Source: Octopus sinensis (Eukaryota). Taken from it: 35,795 bases of DNA. The DNA lies in assembly GCF_006345805.1 (NCBI RefSeq), contig NW_021832727.1, positions 1 through 35,795 on the forward strand, read 5' to 3'. Of this stretch, positions 26,936 to 35,795 are shown in pieces. Both the position numbers and the translations under genes were made by a program. Every line of letters begins with the position of its first letter. Positions within the stretch are counted from its first letter, which is position 1. Under the pieces are notes generated by a model. That model searched no databases. It had not been told where the DNA came from and saw only the letters and a list, made by a program, of their open reading frames with translations.

Positions 26936-27157
26936 TTTTAGCATATTTTACCTGAATATTCTCTTTATTTTAAGTTTTCATCTTATTTCTATTTACCACT
27001 GAAACTAAAAAAAAATGTTGAGACTGGCATGGTGTTTAAATAAATAAAATATTTTCCTAAAAAAGAATAAACTTCGTTTTAAAACTCAGGTACATTATCA
27101 ACCCCCAAACCAATTTTCCTATTTCCCTACTCGTGTGGAAATAATCCTTCTTTTTTC

Positions 27158-27238
<81 letters not shown>

Positions 27239-27782
27239 AGCATAGAATTGTATATATCGTAGGGCGGCAACATATTTGCTTTTCTTCGATGTTTTTGAAA
27301 ATTCCATATTATAAACACATTAATTATTTAATAAAGATATTAAATTTGTGGAGAATTTCGGAAGCTAGCAACCGACTGTGCTTGTTGGTTCTTACAAGAC
27401 TTAATCGAATATATTTGACAATCAACGTTTACAGAAAACTGTTAAAACCAAAGGAAACAGAATTATTTTCATAAGAATAATGAAACTCTTGGACTCTCCT
27501 TCGATATGTGTATTCGTGTGTACGTGTGTGTGTGTGTATGCACTCGCAACGGTGTGCGTGTATGCCTGTGTGTGTGTCTGTGTTTCTGTGTGCGCGGTAT
27601 GTGTGTATGTGCGTGTGTGTGGTGTTTCTATGATGTGTATGTGGTGTGTGTCTGTGTGTGTGGTGTGTGTGTATGTGGTGTGTGAGTGGTGTGTGTGCAG
27701 TGTGTGCAGTGTGTGTGCGTGTGCGAGTGTTTTTGTATGTGTGTGCGAATGTGTGAGTGTGTGAATGATAAATATATCCATT

Positions 27783-27955
27783 GGCACAGGTATGGCTATG
27801 TGGTAAGGAGTTTGCTTCCCAACCACATGGTTCCTGGTTCAGTTCCACCACTTGGCATCTTGGGCAGGTGCCTTCGTCTGTAGTCCCCTATAGCCTCGGC
27901 CGGCCAAGACCTTGTGGGTGGATTTGGTAGACAGAAAATAAAAAGCCCGTCGTAT
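27783..27955 (+). mobile_element. Family A SINE, 5' half
   Basis: ggcacaggtatggctatgtggtaag...ggttcagttcc...gtggatttggtagacagaaa...agcccgtcg. Confidence 0.82.
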
Positions 27956-28209
27956 ATGCGTGTGCGTGTGTGTGTAAGCATGTATGTATATATGTATGTA
28001 TGAAAAAACATAGTCAGAAGGTTTGAGAGTTGAATATATATTTATTTATTTATTTATTTAAGCAAGTAACTTCCATGAGGCTACGGCCGTTTCGCAACCT
28101 CTTTCATGTTGTATTAGTTTCAATGTAAGACGTTCTATTTTATGTTATTTTTACTTTAACTCTTATCTTACTCGTGTTTTTCTTTTTATTCTTATTATTT
28201 TGTTCAGTT

Positions 28210-28686
28210 GGAGGTCCATGTAAATATCTCAGTTGTTTTGGCAAAATATTAAATAGCTGTGGGTCCCTGAATCTCAGGTTATTGCAATACATGGTCCTCT
28301 CTTTAATCGGGATGGCTGAGACCCTTGGAACAGTGCAGTAACGTCTAGTTCGGAGGTTGGTTTAACTTTGAATACCAAAGTTTGGCCCTCTATGAACTTC
28401 CCATGTGTATACCACCGCATATCTCTCCTGTCTTTGCTCCAGGGTATAGAGTCGTAACTCGTTGAGTCTCTCCCAGTAGCACAGCTATTCCATTGATGCA
28501 ATCCTCCGGTTATAGCACCACTGAACGGCTTTAAGTTGGGGTGACCACAGTTGAGAGCAGTAATCCAGACGGCTGAAGACAAATGTCCTCCATGGAACCA
28601 GATAGTCTTCTGGTTCTTTGTTCTGAAAGTTCTTAGAATACAGCCAGCCATTCGCCTGCACATCATTACCATCTTGGTGGTATGTA
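28210..28686 (-). pseudogene. CR1/L2-group LINE ORF2 C-terminal relic
   Basis: Minus-strand frames give RMAGCILRTFRT, YWERLNELRLYTLEQRQERY and PQLFNILPKQLR, typical of the region after the RT domain. Confidence 0.8.
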
Positions 28687-29056
28687 TCCTCTGTGTGAAA
28701 AGTCTGGCTGCATATACGTTAGCATATGTCAGGTGCATACAATTGACAACACAGTTAATTAAGATTTATTCAGTGAGTTGTATTCAACACATGTTTACAC
28801 GTGGAATCCATTAGATGAAGGCATTTTCAAAGTTTTGGCCGATAAAGTTGAACTGGAAAACCCTACAACGAGGCATGAATTGCACGAAGCCGTCTTGCAG
28901 TCTGAGCGGAAAATTCGTGGATGTATTCAACATCAAACTCGTGTTCGGCGTCAAATAGTTGACTGTCGTGGTGGTAACAGATTCGTGTAATAAATTTTGT
29001 GTTTATTTTTGTTTCATAATATATATTTTTTCGGATGCAGCCAGACTTTTCACACA
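28687..29056 (+). mobile_element. Internally deleted Tc1-like element inserted in the LINE
   Basis: 22-bp perfect inverted repeats tgtgtgaaaagtctggctgcat (28692-28713 and 29035-29056), TA at 28685-86, and internal WNPLDEGIF...PTTRHEL...GGNRF resembling a Tc1 transposase C-terminus. Confidence 0.78.
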
Positions 29057-29592
29057 TGAAATGAGGTGTACAGATCACGCATTGTACTTGACTCTGGGAT
29101 TGCTGCTCCTCTTAGTCCAAAGTATCTTTGTGGAGGAATGTTAGCGCAAGCTGGCCGATAGCTGAGGGCTTGGGATTTTCCTGCGATAATTGCATATTGT
29201 TTTTTTCAGCCCATTTATATATGGCACCCAGGTCTTTTAGCACAAGATTACCATTGAAAGATTCTTTGACTGCTTTTACTACTTTTGTGTCGTCGACTAG
29301 CTTAGTAAGTGTGGCTGTCTGTGTAACTGATAGCATGTCCGAAAGGCCTCCCATAAACAACAGTGACCCCAAGACACATCCTCTTGCTAATACACTCCAC
29401 TTCCTAATACAGACCCCGTAGAGAGGGTCCCATTGGTTGCCACAGCCTGGCTTCTGTCTTTTAAGAAGTCATTGTAACCACTCTCCCAGTTTTCCGACTA
29501 TGCCGAGTCTCCGTAGCTTGTGACATATCATCTCGTGATAAACCTTATCAAACGCCTTTGCAAAGTCGATATATATATCACATCCACGTTTG
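29057..29592 (-). pseudogene. CR1/L2-group LINE reverse transcriptase relic
   Basis: DFAKAFDKV...[15 protein letters not shown], then GSLLF...LVDDTKV (decayed YADD)...DLGAIYKWAEKNNMQL. Confidence 0.88.
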
Positions 29593-29623
29593 AACGATTC
29601 ATACGTTACTTCAACACCCAGTC

Positions 29624-29654
<31 letters not shown>

Positions 29655-29871
29655 TGTATGTATGTATGTATGTATGTATGTATGTATGTATGTGATATGA
29701 TTTTATTTATTAAATTCTTCCTTTGAGGGAGGACTGGCTTCTAACAAAGATCCGTCGCTGGACGTAAATTTATACTCTTCACACACACACATACATACAC
29801 ACACACATATATGCATACATACATACATACATACATACATACATACATACATACATACATACATACATACA

Positions 29872-29899
<28 letters not shown>

Positions 29900-29902
<3 letters not shown>

Positions 29903-30160
29903 GTAACACACTGCCTAAGTATCAATCTTGAGAAATTAAGCTTCTCAAAACCAGAAAGAAATTTGATTCGAAGACTACAGATCCAAGCCATCACTGGAAC
30001 CGTAAAACTTGATCAAACTTTAAGTATATCTGCTCATGTCTAGACATGCAACTATATGCATGAGAATGCATAAGACAAAACAGAAACCTGCACGTATACA
30101 TACATGCCAAAATACCCTGCTGGTTTCTATTGGCAAGAAATCTTGAAATAAAACTGAATG
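29900..30160 (+). mobile_element. Probable 3' end of an RLE-type (R4/Dong/NeSL-like) non-LTR retrotransposon
   Basis: Frame YVTHCLSINLEKLSFSKPERNLIRRLQIQAITGTVK resembles the C-terminus after the RLE domain (recalled). Starts right after (TACA)n and ends near gaaataaaactgaat. Confidence 0.55.
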
Positions 30161-30469
30161 ACACATTACCGGGAGCCTGATCGTTGGAACGAATAAACGA
30201 ATGGAAGAGTACGAAATACAACTGCTGCGATCATCAGTGGCACCAAGAATTATATTTGGAAGTTTCTCGTATATTTTTACGGTCAGGTTCTTAACACAGA
30301 GACAAAAAGGGTAACAGACGGATATATCGATGGATAAATTCACTCGCATTATATGTGCTATGAAATGTTACCTGAGCCCGACGATCTAGATTCCTCTAAC
30401 GAGCCTACAAAACTTTAAATTGTATAGAGCAGAATCAAAAATGATTTAAATGATATTGATAATATAAAT

Positions 30470-31800
<1,331 letters not shown>

Positions 31801-31871
31801 TATGATAGTTATTGTGACTGATTTGTTATGTCGCTGCTTTCATAGTGAACAGATTCCGAATCTCTTCCTGA

Positions 31872-32017
31872 CATACTCGTATATAGTTCTTCCATATACA
31901 GTTCCTTCCATATAAACCTCCCACCATATACAGACCCTACTATATATAGTATATAACATAGTTCCTTCTATATATAGTTCCTGCAACATATAAACCTCCT
32001 TCCATATATAGTTCTTG
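31872..32017. repeat. Degenerate ~16-bp minisatellite
   Basis: Recurring ccatata(t/c)agttcctt and catataaacctcc units. Confidence 0.7.
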
Positions 32018-32579
32018 CTTACCAAACATTTTCAGAAGTTGCCGTTGGGACAAACAGCATCCATTGCGAAATTCTCTCCAATCCTTGAAGGCATCAGTGT
32101 TGTTGTTGTTGTTGTTGTTGTCATCGTTGTCACAGATATGTTGGTGGCGACGGCAGCGGCGGGAGCGGAGGCGGTGGTGGTGGTGGTGGTGTTGGTGACG
32201 GTTAGATAGGTGAAAGTATAAGGAAGCGTGTTGTTTTGGTAATAAGGAAGCACTGGGAGGTACGTGGGTGGTTCTGGTATGTGAATGGTGTAGAAGCAGT
32301 AATGGGTGGGGGTGGAACAATGCTTGTTGACTGTGTACTCAATGTACTCTGTGTACTTTCCCTATGACATCAGTTGACGTTTGTCTTTCTCTTCCTCCCA
32401 CACTCTCTTCCTGTCTCTATTGCGATAATGTGGATTTCTCTCTCCTCTCTCTATCTATAGTTACTATAGACACACGCACACATACACACACACAAATATA
32501 TGTATACATATATGTGAGTGTGTGTGTGTGTATGCATGTGTGTAATAATGTATATATGTATGTGTGACTGTATGTATGT

Positions 32580-32649
<70 letters not shown>

Positions 32650-32725
32650 GGATAGATGTGTGTATATATATATATATACACGTTTTGTATGTATGTATGT
32701 ATATATATATATGTATATGTGTATG

Positions 32726-32759
<34 letters not shown>

Positions 32760-33241
32760 CGTGTAAAGTCATATGTGTGTGTGTATAAAGTCATGTGTGT
32801 GTGTGTGTGTGATATACATACATATAGTGCATGTGTTTAGGATATTGTGTGTATGTATGTGTTTGAGTGTGCGTGTGTAGGTGTGCCTGTATTCTGTGCA
32901 CACAACAACCAATGCTACGAATTCTACGAAATCATTACAAATGAGAATGGGAACTGAGGCGGGGGAGGGGCAGTAGAGAACAATGATGGTATTGTGAGGT
33001 TGGCAATTTCGATCCTTATCGGTGCCAATTATCAGTTGTAATATGGCTGAATATTGCTTCTCTCAACTTTAGATGTAAACACCTTATAGAAATTTCGTCT
33101 GATCAGACTTCCTTGTTAACTAGACAATACACCAGCGAGCAGAATTACACATCACCACATACAGCGTACGAATTATTAAATTTGCTATATGCATGTTTAT
33201 TTATTCCTGAGTTGATGTTATTTTTAATGCTGTTGTTGTTG

Positions 33242-33273
<32 letters not shown>

Positions 33274-34170
33274 GGTGGTGGTGGTGGTGGTGGTGGTGGA
33301 TTCATTGTTGCTGTTGCTGTTGTTGTTGTTTAGTGCTGGTGAATCTTATTAAACAGTTGTTATTTGATCAAAGATATTCCAAATGCAACCATCCTGCCTA
33401 TTCATAGAAATACCGCTACATGCTACCGAATGTTGTCCTTCGCATTTTAAAAATGTTAAGGTAGATACAATTTGGATTTTTAGCCGGTCCAGAGTCCACA
33501 TAGAGGTTCCTTTGTTGGTTCGATGCTTTCCATTTTCTTCTGTTATTGTTATTGTTGTTGTATCGACGATGTTTTCGTTACGGGTGGGAGTGGTGGTCAC
33601 TACCTGCTTTAGCTTACAAACAGGGGGTGAAAGGCATTCAGTTTTCATGTATGTCTCTGATTTAGTTTTTATATACAACTCCATTATGCGATGTGATCTT
33701 CCCAGGATATTAAAGGACTGTTTGGTGTGATATTAGGAAGAACTGGTTCTTATTTCTAACAAATTATACACCTCCTCCACCAAAAAGCTCTCAACTCTCT
33801 CCTCTTTCATTTCTCATAGTATTTTTCATTGTATTTTTTATTTGCTTGTTTTGGGGGGGTTTTTTGTTGTTTTTCGGCATGTTGTTTTGAAGAGAGAACG
33901 ATCTATGTTGGAAAGTGAAACCCATTCCACTCTACCAGTTTGCCATATCATATTCAGACAAACTAGCAGAAAACTTTCTGTCTGATCAGAAGAAATTTCT
34001 ATGAGGTATTTACATTTAAAACTGAGAGAAACAATATTCAGCCGCATTACAGCTGATAATTGGCCCCAATAAGGATCGAAATTACCAACCTCACAATACC
34101 ATCTTTGTTCTCTACTGCATGCAGCCCCGTTCCCACTCTCACTTGCAATGGTTTCATTTTATTCATTCAT

Positions 34171-34222
<52 letters not shown>

Positions 34223-34769
34223 TAATCAAAGTATGCAGAACTGTACATCCACTTCATCCATTCTTTCAAATCGGTTTGCACTTTGTAACCATACTGTTAC
34301 TTTCTGAATTTTTTTTTTTTTTGTTTTTTTTGTTTGCTATTTTTGCAACTTTCGCCGTTTCCCATGATTCTCTGTCACTATCCAATTCCATTATTATGAA
34401 TTTGAATTGGGAGCTTGAGTCATAGTGAATCTTTCATTAGCTTATTACACAACCCTTATGGTGATCCTGAGCGTTAATCTTCAACGATTCTTCCGCTCAG
34501 CATGAACGTAAGAAGCATCGTTGGCTCAGTTGAGCTCTTCGGCTACCTCTTCACAAACCGCCATGCTGCAGTCCCAGGGCAGTTGAATAGATGTTATGCC
34601 TTGCCAAAGGGCAGCCCGTAACTATGCAGGACACGGTTGTCATATCGTGAGGTATTTTCAAATACCCACATACCCGTACTGTTAACTAATATCCGGTTAT
34701 TTAATTCCCAGAGCAAAACTGACTAGAAAGACCGTCCTAACTGGATCTATAATACTGTATATCTCTTTT

Positions 34770-35004
34770 CCGAGTCATATAGACTCACAGGACCAGTTTT
34801 CCGGTTTTTGTAGTGCATATACTACCCCTGGATGAGACGCAGATCCGTTTCAGAATTACTCATTTTTACCAGCTGAGTAGACTGGAGCAACGTAAAATGA
34901 TGTTTTTTACTCAAGAACTCAACACGTCGCCCGGTCCAGGAATCGAATCTACAATCTTTCCACTATGGGTCCAACACTCTATCTACAAAGCCACGCATCT
35001 CCAC
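34770..35004 (-). mobile_element. Old tRNA-derived SINE
   Basis: Minus strand gtggagatgcgtggct...gattcgattcctggaccgggcg...gttgctccagtctactcagctggtaaaaatgagta shows a tRNA head and a conserved-type central domain. Confidence 0.7.
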
Positions 35005-35644
35005 ATGATATTGTATAGTTTGGTTAATATACGCCTTCTATTGACAAATATACAAGTTCATATTTTTCTATGTATATTATAGACTCAACTGATAGCTAAA
35101 TGTTTTTCACGCGACAAGTGTTCAACATAACCCCAAAGGTCAGCAATAACTTGTACGTGCTGAGCGGTTTCATCGCTCTTTGTACATCTTGAGCAAGCAG
35201 GCTTTTAGAATTTACCTCGAGCTGGCAATACTCTTCCCCACCATCTCTGGTAACATTGCCAAGCCGCTGGTCTCTGAAAATTATCCATTGACTCTGGCTC
35301 GAAAGATCTCCAGAACAGACCGGCAAGTTTATTTTCGTCGACGCCCAGAGTCACCCTGCACTTGCCCGATGCTAACCCACTATAGAATGTCAAAATGGAA
35401 CTTCCACTGATCACACTACCTCCAGTTGGTCGGGAGCTGTGAACGCTTGATGACATCCCAGTTGTTAAACTGTCTCGTTCTTTACTTGTTCTTTACTTGT
35501 CCCAGGACTACAGCTCTGTTAAAGAAACGAGCTGAAGACAGAAATGGGCCGAGACACAGCAATCACCAAGTCGCAATAACGGTTTCTGATTTCAGAACAA
35601 GACCATCAATTTTGGCATTTTGAGGGGAGGGAGTTAGCCGTTAC

Positions 35645-35664
35645 TAGCAGCAGCAGCAGTAGTA

Positions 35665-35720
<56 letters not shown>

Positions 35721-35748
35721 GGTGGTGGTGGTGGTGGTTTTGGTGGTT

Positions 35749-35795
<47 letters not shown>
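35645..35795. repeat. (AGC/AGT/GGT)n microsatellite
   Basis: Read directly. Confidence 0.95.

Overview
AT-rich, microsatellite-dense animal genomic DNA with no protein-coding host gene I can support. From recalled SINE families and the repeat landscape I infer an octopus (cephalopod) intron or intergenic region. Nearly all predicted ORFs are translated microsatellites or transposon relics. The window holds many tRNA-derived SINE copies from at least three families, two decayed D34D mariner transposases and a 3.65-kb hAT (Charlie/SPIN-like) transposon with TIRs and an exact 8-bp TSD. It also holds a CR1-type RT relic interrupted by a small Tc1-like element, a probable R4/Dong-like LINE 3' end, and a 1.09-kb tandem duplication that may be an assembly artefact. 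The most interesting signal is at 19.0-19.9 kb: two different type I hammerhead ribozyme motifs with intact cores and palindromic stem III, on opposite strands and converging on one (TA)n tract. They resemble Penelope-like/retrozyme ends, and partial relics of the motif occur elsewhere in the window.
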